Shown: positions 49,278 through 60,000 of the stretch, piece by piece | Position numbering within the stretch: the stretch's first letter is position 1 | Layout: each line of letters begins with the position of its first letter | Origin: an uncultured Acidobacteriota bacterium | GTDB taxonomy: Bacteria; Acidobacteriota; Polarisedimenticolia; J045 | Assembly (NCBI GenBank): GCA_963702425.1 | Contig: CAVPCQ010000003.1 | Coordinates: 54,685-118,684 of the forward strand | Reading direction: 5' to 3' | DNA length: 64,000 nucleotides | The notes under the pieces: generated by a model | Seen by the model: only the letters and a program-made list of their open reading frames with translations | Told to the model about the DNA's origin: nothing | The model's database searches: none | Position numbers and translations under genes: made by a program

Positions 49278-49369
49278 CGGGGACGGCAACCGCAAGTCGG
49301 TAAGCCGGAGAAGGCGGGGAAAGCTGTTCCCGTTTCGGCTGGCTTGCCGACAGACGGTTGCTGTCTCCG
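49278..49369. repeat. inverted pair of the GGGGACAGCAACCG repeat forming a long hairpin
   Basis: CGGGGACGGCAACCGCAAGTCGGTAAGCC ... GGCTTGCCGACAGACGGTTGCTGTCTCCG. Confidence 0.7.
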
Positions 49370-49393
49370 CTTCAGGCATACTCCCGCCGCGCC

Positions 49394-50122
49394 ATGTGCA
49401 CCCTCAGCTGGATCGTCGGGCCGGACGGCTACGCGGTCTTCTTCAACCGCGACGAGCGGCGCTCGCGCCGCCCGGCGGAGCCACCGCGGGTCGAGTCGGC
49501 CGGGAGCGTCCGTTTCGTCGCTCCACGCGACGGGGAGGCCGGCGGAACCTGGGCTTTCGTCAACGAGCGGGGCGTGTCGGCTTGCCTGCTGAACCTCTTT
49601 CGCGACCACCCCTTCCCGCCGGGCCACCCGCCGATCAGCCGCGGGCTGCTGGTGCTGGGGCTGGGAGGTTCGACGACCGTCGCGGCCGCCGGGGAGGCCC
49701 TCTCCCACGCTGACCTCGCGCGCTACCAGCCGTTCACGCTGGCCCTCTTCGGCGTGGGCGAGGCGCCGCGCGCCCTGCGCTGGGACGGCGCATCGATCGA
49801 GGCCTTCCCACTCGACGCCGCCGCCCTTCCGCTGACCTCGTCAGGCCGCGACGCCGACGGCGTCGCCCGATCCCGCCGCGGCACCCTCGCCCGCCTCGCC
49901 TCCCAGCACGGCGGGATCACGCGCCAGGCGCTCGACGCCTTCCACCGCAGCCACCACCCCGACCGCGGCCCCTACTCCCCCTGCATGCACCGCGATGAAG
50001 CCGAAACGGTCAGCCTCACCACGATTCTCGTCGAAGGAACGGCAATTCAACTCTCCTACCAGCCAGGAGCACCGTGCGAGGAACGGCCAGTCGTAACCGT
50101 CCACCTCGCCCCCGGAGGCTGA
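49394..50122 (+). CDS. NRDE/TANGO2-family protein
   Basis: MCTL, FNRDE, GGTW, SRG motifs. Confidence 0.9.
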   Translation: MCTLSWIVGPDGYAVFFNRDERRSRRPAEPPRVESAGSVRFVAPRDGEAGGTWAFVNERGVSACLLNLFRDHPFPPGHPPISRGLLVLGLGGSTTVAAAGEALSHADLARYQPFTLALFGVGEAPRALRWDGASIEAFPLDAAALPLTSSGRDADGVARSRRGTLARLASQHGGITRQALDAFHRSHHPDRGPYSPCMHRDEAETVSLTTILVEGTAIQLSYQPGAPCEERPVVTVHLAPGG

Positions 50123-50193
50123 GACGCGAGAATCCCCCCTCGGGGCGCCCGAATGGAGCCCGCGCCCCGAGGGGGGATTCTCGCGTCTCAGCC
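50117..50193. terminator. perfect 32-bp inverted repeat between convergent genes
   Basis: GGCTGAGACGCGAGAATCCCCCCTCGGGGCGC-13 nt-exact reverse complement. Confidence 0.75.
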
Positions 50194-50565
50194 GTTCAGC
50201 GGCGCCCGAGCAATGACGAACTCCTCGACTGGATGACCGCCAATCAGGTGCTCCTGAACGATCCGCTCCGCGACCTCGATCGTGACCCCCCGGTACCACA
50301 CCCCCTCCGGGTAGACGACCGCGATCGGTCCGTCCTGGCAGATCCGCAGGCAGTCGACCCTGTTGCGCAGCACGCACGGATCGCCGGCTCCCGGTCCCTC
50401 GAGGCCCAGCTGCCTGAGGCGATCCTTGACGTAGGCCCAGACCGCCGCGCTCTCGTCGTAGGTCGAGCACTTGGGCTTGGTCTGCTGCGCGCAGAGGAAG
50501 AGGTGCCGGCGCGCGCGGCCGACGTTGAGCTTGTCGAGCTTGGGCTGGAGCGCGTCGTCGGTCAT
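50188..50565 (-). CDS. thioredoxin-like [2Fe-2S] ferredoxin
   Basis: [39 protein letters not shown]. Confidence 0.9.
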   Translation of the reverse strand: MTDDALQPKLDKLNVGRARRHLFLCAQQTKPKCSTYDESAAVWAYVKDRLRQLGLEGPGAGDPCVLRNRVDCLRICQDGPIAVVYPEGVWYRGVTIEVAERIVQEHLIGGHPVEEFVIARAPLNG

Positions 50566-50640
50566 CACGCTGGCCTTTCGGGCCGGCACGGAGGCCGGCC
50601 CCTACGGTTCGCGCCTGGCCCGCAGGATGGCGGGGCGTGG

Positions 50641-51501
50641 TTACGAGAACAGGATGTTCGCCAGCTCCGAGCGCGCGGTGTCGACCGCCGGGATCCCCTC
50701 GCCGAGGTAGTCGAACAGCGCGAGCAGCGCCTTGCGCGCGCCGTCGTCCCAGAAGGCGCGGTCCTTGCGCACGATCGCCAGCAGCTCGGAGAGCGCCGGC
50801 TCGATCTCCCCCTCCAGCCAGTGCGCCCCGGCCAGCGCGAAGCGCGCGGCGCTGTCGGCCGGGTTCGCCGCGACCTTGGCGCTCGCCGCCGCGAGGTCGC
50901 CGGCCTGCTCCCCGGCGTCGAACATCGCGAACATCAGGCGCTCGCGCTCGGCGGCGTCGTACTCCTCGGTCCCGGCGGGGATCCGGTCCAGCAGCACCAG
51001 CGCCTCGGCCCGCTCGCCGCGCCGCGCCAGCACGCGGGCCAGCTCGAGCAGCGCGGTCTGGTCGCTCGGGTTGGCCGCGAGGACCTTGCGCAGCACCGTC
51101 TCGGCCTGCGCGTACTCGTGCTCGGCCAGCAGCTTCTTCGCCGACTCCAGGCTGGTCTCGGCCGCACTCGGCACGACCTGCTTCAGCCACTGCTCGACGA
51201 CGTCGCGCGGCTGCGCGCCGAGGAACGACGAGACCGGCCGCCGCTTGTGGATCGCGACGACCATCGGGATGCTCTGGGCCTGGAAGGCCTGCGCCAGCTC
51301 GGGATTCTCGTCGACGTTCACCTTGGCCAGTACCGCCCGCCCCTCGAGCTTGACGATCTCCTCCTCGAGGATCGGTCCCAGCGTCTTGCACGGCCCGCAC
51401 CAGGGGGCCCAGAAGTCGATCACGACGACCGCCTCGTCGGACCTGTCGATCACGTCCTTCTCGAAGCCGGCAGTCGTCACGTCGTAGGTCGTGGCACTCA
51501 T
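50641..51501 (-). CDS. cnoX: thioredoxin-TPR chaperedoxin (CnoX/YbbN)
   Basis: DFWAPWCGPCK followed by TPRs, DDGARK, RSELANILFS. Confidence 0.85.
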   Translation of the reverse strand: MSATTYDVTTAGFEKDVIDRSDEAVVVIDFWAPWCGPCKTLGPILEEEIVKLEGRAVLAKVNVDENPELAQAFQAQSIPMVVAIHKRRPVSSFLGAQPRDVVEQWLKQVVPSAAETSLESAKKLLAEHEYAQAETVLRKVLAANPSDQTALLELARVLARRGERAEALVLLDRIPAGTEEYDAAERERLMFAMFDAGEQAGDLAAASAKVAANPADSAARFALAGAHWLEGEIEPALSELLAIVRKDRAFWDDGARKALLALFDYLGEGIPAVDTARSELANILFS

Positions 51502-52416
51502 CGGGGCGTCCTTTCGGGTTCGGAGAGCCCGGCGCGGCGTGCGATCGACACCAGCCGTGCGGGAGCCCGTCCCGTTTCGAGGTTCGAGAGGTAATACCGC
51601 GTGAAGCCGAGGCCGGCCAGCGCCGAGAGCGTCGCCGCCGCGACCGCCTCGGCCGACATTTTCTGCTCCAGGAAGTCGGCCGACAAGCCGGCGACCGGGA
51701 CCGGGATGAACTGCGAGAGCGTCTCGAGCGTCTGCCGGCGCGCGCTGCGGTAGAAGAAGACCCCCGCGAAGGTCGGCAGCGCCAGCCCGCGCCGCGCGGC
51801 CTCCTCGGCGAAGGCAGCGACCGGCGCCAGGTCGTGGTGCGAGACGATCTGCGTCAGTAAGGAAGTCCAGCCCCGCGCCGTGATCGAGCAGCAGCGAGAC
51901 CTGCTCGGCGGGATCGCGATACGGGTTGACCCAGCCGCCGAGCAGCAGCCCCGGCTGCTCCGCGCGCAGCGCCTCGCGCAGCTGCCAGCTATGCGGCAGG
52001 CAGCGCGGGATCGCGTCGTGCGTGTCGCCCCCCAGCACGACCAGCGCGGGGAAGCGTTCGCGGCGCGCACGGGCGGCGTAGCGGCCGCAGTAGTCGAGCG
52101 GGTGCTTGAGCGTCAGGAACGGGACGATCCGCTCGCGCCGCGCCGCCGGGCCGAGGTTGCGCACGAGGTGGCCGAGGTTCTCCTCCTCGCTGCTGCCGAT
52201 CGCGTTGTCGGTCAGGAAGACGACGGTGTCGGTCGCCGACAGGCTCTGGACCGCGTGGTAGGCGTCGATCCAGGCCTCCATCGCGTGGACCCCCTCGAGG
52301 TCGCGCCGCGGCGGGCGCAGCTCGACCGCGACCAGCGGGCGCGGGTCGGCCAGGCGGTCCTTCAGCCGGACCGGCGGGGTGGCCGTCCGGCCGGGCGATT
52401 CGAGGTCGGCGAACAC
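51498..52416 (-). CDS. methylenetetrahydrofolate reductase-like protein; frameshift near 51858
   Basis: VELRPPR, LTDNA, VVLGGD, GWVNPY, LTQIVSH; divergent from metH. Confidence 0.6.
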
Positions 52417-52533
52417 GGGGCGGGACTGTGCCCCCGGGGTGAGGCGGTGTCAACGCGGGCGGCGGCGGAGGCGGGTTCCCGAGGCCAGGAGCCCGGTCTG
52501 GCAGATTACTGTTATGGCTGTATGCTTATCTGC

Positions 52534-52785
52534 ATGAGAACGACCCTGGACCTCGACGACGAGCTGATGAAGCTCGTCCGCCGGCGCGCAGCGGATGCGG
52601 GGACGACGATCACGGCCGTGATCGAGGAAGCGCTGCGCGAGGCGCTCGTGCGGCGGCGCCCCGACGACCGCGTCTACTCCTTCCAGTGGGTCACGACCGA
52701 AGGGCGGCTGCGTCCGGGCGTCGATCTCAACGACCGCGACGCGCTCTACGACGCGATGGAAGGGAGCGGCGAGGACGGGCGGTGA
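52534..52785 (+). CDS. VapB-type (RHH) antitoxin
   Basis: MRTTLDLDDEL..TITAVIEEALR..GVDLND. Confidence 0.85.
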   Translation: MRTTLDLDDELMKLVRRRAADAGTTITAVIEEALREALVRRRPDDRVYSFQWVTTEGRLRPGVDLNDRDALYDAMEGSGEDGR

Positions 52786-53225
52786 TCGCGGTCGACACCA
52801 ACGTGCTGGTCCACGCGCAGCGCCCCGGCCGCCCGGAGCACGCGCCGGCGCTGGCCTGGCTGCGGCACCTCGCCACCGGGTCGATCCCCTGGGGGCTCCC
52901 GGTCTTCTGCCTCGGCGAGTTCCTGCGCGTCGTCACCCACCCGCGGCTGTTCGACCCGCCGACCCCCGTCGCCGACGCGCTGGCCGCGCTGGAGGGGCTG
53001 ATGGCCAGCCCGAGCATCCGCGTGCTGCTGCCGGGGCCCGGCTTCCCGCGGCTGCTCGCGGAGTGCGTCCGGCGCGGCGACGCGCGCGGGAACCTGGTCT
53101 TCGACGCGCAGATCGCGGCGCTCTGCCTCGAGCACGGCGCGACCGACCTCCTGACCTGCGACCGCGACTTCGCGCGCTTCCCGGGGCTGCGGCTGCGCAC
53201 GCTCGACGAGCCGCCGCTGCGCTGA
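52782..53225 (+). CDS. VapC PIN-domain toxin
   Basis: IAVDTNVL, EFLRVVTHPR, GNLVFDAQIAA, TCDRDF. Confidence 0.9.
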   Translation: MIAVDTNVLVHAQRPGRPEHAPALAWLRHLATGSIPWGLPVFCLGEFLRVVTHPRLFDPPTPVADALAALEGLMASPSIRVLLPGPGFPRLLAECVRRGDARGNLVFDAQIAALCLEHGATDLLTCDRDFARFPGLRLRTLDEPPLR

Positions 53226-53253
53226 GCCACGGTCGCGAGCTATCCTCCCCCCC

Positions 53254-56200
53254 ATGCCGCGCCCGACCCTCGCCGAGCTGCTGCGCCAGCGGGTCCTCGT
53301 CCTCGACGGGGCGACCGGGACGCGCCTGCAGCAGGAGACGCTGACCGCCGCCGACTTCGGCGGCGCGGTGCACGAGGGGTGCTACGAGGCGCTGGTCCTG
53401 CACCGGCCCGAGCTGATCGCGGCCGTCCACCGCGAGTACCTCGAGGCCGGCGCGGACATCGTCGAGACCGACACCTTCGGCGGCACGCCGCTGGTGCTGG
53501 CGGAGTTCGGGCTGGGGGACCGGGCGCGGGAGATCAACCGGCGCGCGGCGGAGATCGCGCGCGCCGCGTGCGATGCGGCGGAAGCCGCCGACGCCGCGGG
53601 CGCGGCACCCGCCGCCGGCGCCCGCCGCCCGCGCTTCGTCGCCGGCTCGATGGGCCCGACGACCAAGTCGATCCTGCTGACCGGCGGCGTGACGTTCGAC
53701 CAGCTCGCGGATCACTACCGCATCCAGGCGCTGGGCCTGGTCGAGGGCGGCGCCGACTACCTGCTGGTCGAGACCTGCTCCGACCCGCTCAACGTCAAGG
53801 CCGCCTTCTGCGGGATCGACGACGCCTTCGCGGAGCTGGGGCGCGCGCTCCCGGTCGCGCTGTCGGTGACGGTCGAGGCCTCGGGCGTGACGCTCTGCGG
53901 CCAGAGCGCGGAGGCGTTCTACATCACGGTCGAGCACCGCGATCTCCTGTACATCGGCCTCAACTGCGCGGTCGGCCCGTCGTTCATGGCCGACCCGGTG
54001 CGCTCGCTGGCGGCGATCGCCGAGTGCCCGATCGCCTGCGTCCCGAACGCCGGCCTGCCCGACGAGAACGGCCGCTACGGCGAGTCGCCCGAGCACATGG
54101 CCGCGGTCTTCGAGCGCTTCCTCAACGAGGGCTGGCTCAACGCGATCGGCGGCTGCTGCGGCACGACCGCCGCGCACGTCCGCGCCTTCGCCGCGCTGGC
54201 ACCGCGCCACCGGCCCCGCGTGCCGCTGGCGACGCGCTGGGGCCGGGTCTCCGGGATCGAAGTCCTGTCGCTCGAGGAGGAGCGGCGGCCGCTGCAGGTC
54301 GGCGAGCGGACCAACGTGATCGGCTCGCGCAAGTTCAAGAAGCTGGTCGCCGCGGGGGACTTCGAGCGCGCGGCGGAGGTCGGGCGGGCGCAGGTCACGG
54401 GGGGCGCGCACATCCTCGACGTCTGCCTGGCCGATCCCGACCGCGACGAGGCGGCCGACACCGGCAGGCTGCTCGACGCGCTGACCCGGATGGTCCGCGT
54501 CCCGCTGATGATCGACTCGACCGACGCCGCGGTGATCGAGGCGGCGCTGAAGAAGATCCCCGGCAAGGCGATCATCAACTCGGTCAACCTCGAGGACGGC
54601 GAGGAGCGGTTCGAGCGGATCGTGCCGCTGGCGCGGCGCTACGGCGCGGCGCTGGTCGTCGGGACGATCGACGAGGACCGGGTCCAGGGGATGGCGCTGA
54701 CCGCGGCGCGCAAGCTGGCGGTCGCGCGCCGCGAGCACGACCTGCTGACGGGCAAGTACGGCCTGCACCCGACCGACCTGATCTTCGACCCGCTGGTCTT
54801 CCCCTGCGCCTCCGGCGACGTCAACTACAAGGGCTCGGCGCGCGAGACGATCGAGGGGGTGCGGGCGATCAAGCAGGCGCTCCCCGGCGTCAAGACGATC
54901 CTCGGCGTCAGCAACGTCAGCTTCGGCCTGCCGCCGGCTGGGCGCGAGGTGCTCAACTCGGTCTTCCTGCACGCCTGCGTGGAAGCCGGGCTCGACCTGG
55001 CGATCGTCAACTCCGAGAAGCTGGTCCGCTACGCGCAGATCCCGGACGACGAGCGCGAGGCGGCGCTGGACCTGCTCTACGACCGCGGCGAGGACCCGAT
55101 CGCGCGCTTCACCGCGCTCTTCCGGGAAGAGCGGCGCCGCGACACGGACGACGCGCTGGCGCGGCAGCCGATCGAGACGCGGCTCTCGCGGCGGATCGTC
55201 GAGGCCCGGCGCGAGGGGCTGGAGGAGGACCTCGAGGAGGCGCTCTCGCGCTACCTGCCGCTGGACGTGATCAACGGCCCACTGCTCGACGGGATGGGCG
55301 AAGTCGGGCGGCTGTTCGGCGCCAACGAGCTGATCGTCGCCGAGGTCCTGCAGTCGGCCGAGGTGATGAAGGCCGCGGTCTCGTACCTCGAGCGGTACAT
55401 GGAGCAGGGGGCCGAGCCGCAGAAGGGCACCGTCGTGCTCGCCACCGTCAAGGGGGACGTCCACGACATCGGCAAGAACCTGGTCTCGATCCTGTTCGCC
55501 AACAACGGCTTCGCGGTCAAGGACCTGGGGATCAAGGTCGACCCGGTGACGCTGGCCCGCGCGATCGAGCAGCACCGGCCGGCGATCGTCGGTCTGTCGG
55601 GACTGCTCGTGAAGTCGGCGCAGCAGATGGCGGTCACCGCGGCCGATCTCAGGGAGATGGGGATCGCGGTCCCGGTCCTCTGCGGCGGCGCGGCGCTGAC
55701 GCGGAAGTTCACCGAGACGCGGATCGCGCCGGCCTACGACGGGATCGTGCTCTACGCCAAGGACGCGATGGACGGGCTGGCGCTGGCCAACCGGATCGTC
55801 GACCCGCGCGAGCGGCCGGCGCTGGAGGCGGCGACGGCGCGGCTGCGCGAGGCGGTGGCGGTCGGGGCAGGCGTCGGCGCGGACGGCCCCGGCGGCCCCG
55901 GTGTTTCTGGAGGCGCCGTCGCGACGCTCGAAACCGCGCGGGCGGCGGAGCCCGCAACGCCGGCCGTACCGGTGCGCGCCGTCTCCCCCGCTCCCGACAT
56001 TCCGAAGGCCCCCGGCTTCGAGCGCCACTGCCTCGAGGCCAACGCGCTCGAGATGCTGGGCTGGGTCAACGACCAGATGCTCTACGGCCGCCACCTCGGC
56101 GTGAAGGGGAACGTCCGCGGCGAGCACGGCGAGGGGAACGAGAAGCTGGCGGCGCTGAAGGAGCTGGTGACCGGCCTGGTGCGCGAGGGGCAGGCCGAAG

Positions 56201-56787
56201 GCTGGCTCCGGCCGCGCGGCGTCTTCCGCTTCTTCCCCGCCGCGAGCGACGGCGACGCGCTCGTGCTGCGCGAGCGGCCCGACGGGCCGGAGGTCGCGCG
56301 CTTCGTCTTCCCGCGCCAGCCCGACCGCGAGCGGCTCTGCCTCGCCGACTGGGTCGAGCCGGCGGGCGGCCGCCCCGACAGCGTGGCGATGTTCGTCGTC
56401 ACCGCCGGGAGCGACGTGCGCGCGCGCGTCGAGGCGCTCAAGGAGAAGGGCGAGTACCTGCGCTCGCACGCCCTCGCGGCGACGGCGCTGGAGCTGGCGG
56501 AGGCGACCGCGGAGTGGCTGCACCAGCGGCTGCGCACCGCGTGGGGGATCGCCGACCCGCCGGGGCTGACGCTGTCGGACATGTTCCGAACGAAGTACCG
56601 CGGGATCCGCGTCTCGTTCGGCTACCCGGCCTGCCCGGCGCTGGAGGACCAGGCGACGCTGTTCCGCCTGCTCGAGCCGGAGAAGATCGGCGTCCACCTG
56701 ACCGACGGCTTCATGATGGACCCCGAGGCGTCGGTGTCGGCGCTGGTGTTCCACCACCCGGAGGCGCACTACTTCGTGGCGGGGTGA
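53254..56787 (+). CDS. metH: cobalamin-dependent methionine synthase
   Basis: LDGATGT, GLNC, GGCCGT, GERTN, GDVHDIGKN, SFGYPACP. Confidence 0.96.
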   Translation: MPRPTLAELLRQRVLVLDGATGTRLQQETLTAADFGGAVHEGCYEALVLHRPELIAAVHREYLEAGADIVETDTFGGTPLVLAEFGLGDRAREINRRAAEIARAACDAAEAADAAGAAPAAGARRPRFVAGSMGPTTKSILLTGGVTFDQLADHYRIQALGLVEGGADYLLVETCSDPLNVKAAFCGIDDAFAELGRALPVALSVTVEASGVTLCGQSAEAFYITVEHRDLLYIGLNCAVGPSFMADPVRSLAAIAECPIACVPNAGLPDENGRYGESPEHMAAVFERFLNEGWLNAIGGCCGTTAAHVRAFAALAPRHRPRVPLATRWGRVSGIEVLSLEEERRPLQVGERTNVIGSRKFKKLVAAGDFERAAEVGRAQVTGGAHILDVCLADPDRDEAADTGRLLDALTRMVRVPLMIDSTDAAVIEAALKKIPGKAIINSVNLEDGEERFERIVPLARRYGAALVVGTIDEDRVQGMALTAARKLAVARREHDLLTGKYGLHPTDLIFDPLVFPCASGDVNYKGSARETIEGVRAIKQALPGVKTILGVSNVSFGLPPAGREVLNSVFLHACVEAGLDLAIVNSEKLVRYAQIPDDEREAALDLLYDRGEDPIARFTALFREERRRDTDDALARQPIETRLSRRIVEARREGLEEDLEEALSRYLPLDVINGPLLDGMGEVGRLFGANELIVAEVLQSAEVMKAAVSYLERYMEQGAEPQKGTVVLATVKGDVHDIGKNLVSILFANNGFAVKDLGIKVDPVTLARAIEQHRPAIVGLSGLLVKSAQQMAVTAADLREMGIAVPVLCGGAALTRKFTETRIAPAYDGIVLYAKDAMDGLALANRIVDPRERPALEAATARLREAVAVGAGVGADGPGGPGVSGGAVATLETARAAEPATPAVPVRAVSPAPDIPKAPGFERHCLEANALEMLGWVNDQMLYGRHLGVKGNVRGEHGEGNEKLAALKELVTGLVREGQAEGWLRPRGVFRFFPAASDGDALVLRERPDGPEVARFVFPRQPDRERLCLADWVEPAGGRPDSVAMFVVTAGSDVRARVEALKEKGEYLRSHALAATALELAEATAEWLHQRLRTAWGIADPPGLTLSDMFRTKYRGIRVSFGYPACPALEDQATLFRLLEPEKIGVHLTDGFMMDPEASVSALVFHHPEAHYFVAG

Positions 56788-57037
56788 CGGGGCGGCGGCC
56801 GCCCGCCGGCATCCGGACCGTCTCGGCACCGCGCGCTCGCCCCTTGCCCGGCCAACACGGCGGCTGCCCTCGACCGACCGCCGAGCGGCGGTAGGACAGC
56901 CGCCGTCCTGGCGCAGCGCCCGCCGCCCGCGGCCGCCTCGACCCGGGCCGCCGCGGCCCCCGGCTAGCCGATGCCCCCTTCGCGGGACACCCCGCGGGGT
57001 CCCGACGGCCGGCCGAGCGCCCCGGTTTCTCCGACGA

Positions 57038-60000
57038 TCAGGGGCAGGAGCGGCCGGCGCGCGGCGCACCGTCGCTCCGGCTGCCGAGCGAGCCGCTCCC
57101 GCAGGCGTTTTCCGCGCGGACGAGGTAGAAGAAGGCCGTCGCCGGCGCGGGCGGCGCGGTGTCCACGGTGCGTGTGTCCGAACCGTCCGTCTCCACGCAG
57201 GCCGCGCCCGGGAAGTCCCACGGGGTCGCGGCACGCAGCGTGTCGTAGCGCAGGACGCTGGTCCAGGCCCCCGGGTCGGCCGGGACGTCCCAGGCGACCG
57301 TCTCACGGTCCCGCAGCAGCACGACGGTGCCCGTCTCTCCCGGCGCCCACCAGAGCGTCGGGTCGGCCTCGTTGCAGTCGCGAGTGGCGCAGCGTCCGTC
57401 CCGGTCCCCGTCAGGGCCGTCGCCGGTCGGATGGAAGCGGCCGCTCGTGCAGTCGTCGCATCCGTCGAGGTCGACGTCCGAACAGGCCGCAGCGTCGAGC
57501 GGCGAGCGGTCGCTCGCGTTGAGGACGCTGTCGCCGTCGATGTCCGGATCGACGCAGTCGGGCTGGCCGTCGCCGTCCATGTCCAGCTCGGGGGCCCCGC
57601 ACCCGCAGGAGCCGGGCGTCGTCTTGTTCGGGTCGGTTGCGCACTCGTCGCACGGATCGGGGAGACGATCGCCGTCGGAGTCGGGAGAGCACGACGTTCC
57701 CGCGCCGAGCCAGGTCCCCGCCCTGGCGCTGCAGTCGGCCGCGGAGAGGAGCTGGCAGGTCGAACCGGTGCAGCACCCGCCGCCGGCCTCTCCCTGGCAG
57801 CTCAGCTGCATCGAGCCGGTGCCTCGATACCCGCGGTACCCCCCGACCCGGATCAGGATGCCGCTCCCGGCCGTCACCGGGACGGTCAGGCGGGAGCCGG
57901 TTCCACAGGCGTCATCGTTGCACGCGATCGCGGAGGGGCCGGTCGGGCACGCGCACCCCGGATAGACCGCGACCTTCGAGTCGTAGCTGACGCTGCACAG
58001 ATCCACGGTCAGCTGCCCGCTGCAGGAGGGCGTGTAGCAGAACCAGGCATCCGTGCCGACCTGGGAGTCGCCGCTTCCCGAGCACAGCGCCGGTTCGTCG
58101 GGTCCGTCGGTGGTGGCCATCGAAGTGGACAGCCAGGTCCCCCCGTCGAACGCGGTCAGCGCGTCCGCGCAGGCGTCGTTCTCCTCGAGCACCCGCAGAG
58201 GGATCGCCTGCGCGAGCGGCGGATCGCCGAGGTCGGTATCCCACACCTCGAAGGTCACGACGTGGTCGCCCGCCTGCGTCGGGCTGCCGGAGACCCGTCC
58301 CGCTCCGTCGGCCTGGAGTCCCGGAGGGACGTCTGCGTAGCTGTCGAAGCCGTACCCCGGGCAGCCGCCCCCCACCGGGATCGACGCGCTGTACGGCCGG
58401 TTCGCCGTAGCCTCGGGCAGCCCGGGCACGAAGGCCAGGTCGGTCGGCAGGAGGTCGGCGTAGGAGGCGACGGCTTCCAGCACGCTCCCGGTCGCCGGGT
58501 CGATGCGGACGAGGGTTCCGGAATAGTCGGCGTTGTTCTGCATGCCGTACATCCGCGCCTTCAAGGTGTCGAAGGTCAGCCCCGTGATGTGGTCGTACGC
58601 CCCGCCGAACGGCCCGACGGCCGAGCCGGCCCCTGTCGCGCTGTTGAGGACGATGAGCTGGTGGGTCGCGTTGTCGGCGCCGTAGAGCGTGTTCGTGCCG
58701 GGGTCGAAGGCGAGGGCCTCCACGCCGGAGAAGCCGACGGCGCCAACGACCCGGACCGCTCCCGAGTAGGGATTGACCGTCACCAGGCTCGAGCTCGAGA
58801 GATCCACGCCGTAGAGCGTGTTGGTCGCGGGATCGAAGGCCAGCGCGTCCAACGCGGAGTAGGGAGTCGTGGTGAAGGCGGTCGCCGCACCGGTCGCGAG
58901 ATCGATCGTCACGAGTTCGTCGAGGTCGATCGTGTCGCTGACGCCGTACATCATTCCCAGGTTCGGGGCATACGCCAGCGCGGCGAGCCCCGGCCTGCCG
59001 AACGGCCCCACGTCCGTCAGGCCGAAGAACGTGGAATCGACGCGCAGGAGGTGATTGAAGTAGGCGCCCCATCCGCGGCCGATGTACAGCCCGGGCGGTG
59101 CGACGATCTGGGGCGCCTTGGCGAGGTCGATCGAGAGCGGGAAGGTCCCCACGGCGCCACCGTAGCCGGCCACGCGGAGCTCGAGCGGCTTGTCGGCGGT
59201 CACGGCCAGCTGGACCTTCGACCGTACTCCGCAGGACCCGCCTCCGTCGTCGTTGCAGGCCAGCTCCTTTCCTCCGCAGCCGTCCTGCACCGAGAGCACG
59301 CTGTCGTTCAGGGTCCCGGTGGCGATGCAGGTGTCGATCGTCACGAAGCCCTGGCAGACGGGGGTGTACTGGAACCAGACATCGGCCGCGCTGCCGGCAC
59401 ACGTCGCGGCGGTCTCCGTGTCCGCCCCGGTGTTGTCGCCCTGGACCCCCGCGGAGCCGACCGGCAGGGCAGACGCGCAGCGGTCATTCCCGGGGGCGCA
59501 GGTCGGGAAGAACGGTCCACAGTAGCCTCCGTCCTGCAGCGCGAGGCGGAAGCGCCCCGTGGCGGACCCGTAGCCGTGGACCATGACGTGATAGATCCGG
59601 CCGGGGGCGGAACACCAGGTCACCTCGGATGCGGGGCGGCAGGCGTCGTCGTCGGCCGCGACGCACGCGCGGCCGCCGCACCCGGCACAGTAGACCGAGA
59701 GCTGCGAGTCGTAGTCGGTCGACGCGTCGCACAGGGACGCCGTGACCAGGTTCCCGGTGCCGACCACGGTGAACCAGACGCCGGGTGCCGTGTCCTCCAC
59801 GCCGGCGCAGCCCGGTGCGAGGTCGAGGGTCGCGCCGCGCGTGCTCCCGGCGGTCGTCGACGGAACCGTCAGCGGCGTGGCCTGCTCGCACCGGTCGTTC
59901 GGGACCTCGCACGCGACGCGGAGCGTGAAGCTGCCGCTCGCGTCCTCGAAGCCGGCCACGCGGATCAGGAAGGTCTGGCCGGTCTGCACCGGATGCGAGA

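Noticed and set aside
50641-52416. Apparent MTHFR-like/thioredoxin fusion (591 aa)
   Set aside because: Caused by a frameshift near 51858; the MTHFR-like C-terminus is in another frame and cnoX has its own start at 51501
52417-53253. SAM or cobalamin riboswitch before metH/metF
   Set aside because: No recognisable conserved motifs; the space is occupied by vapBC
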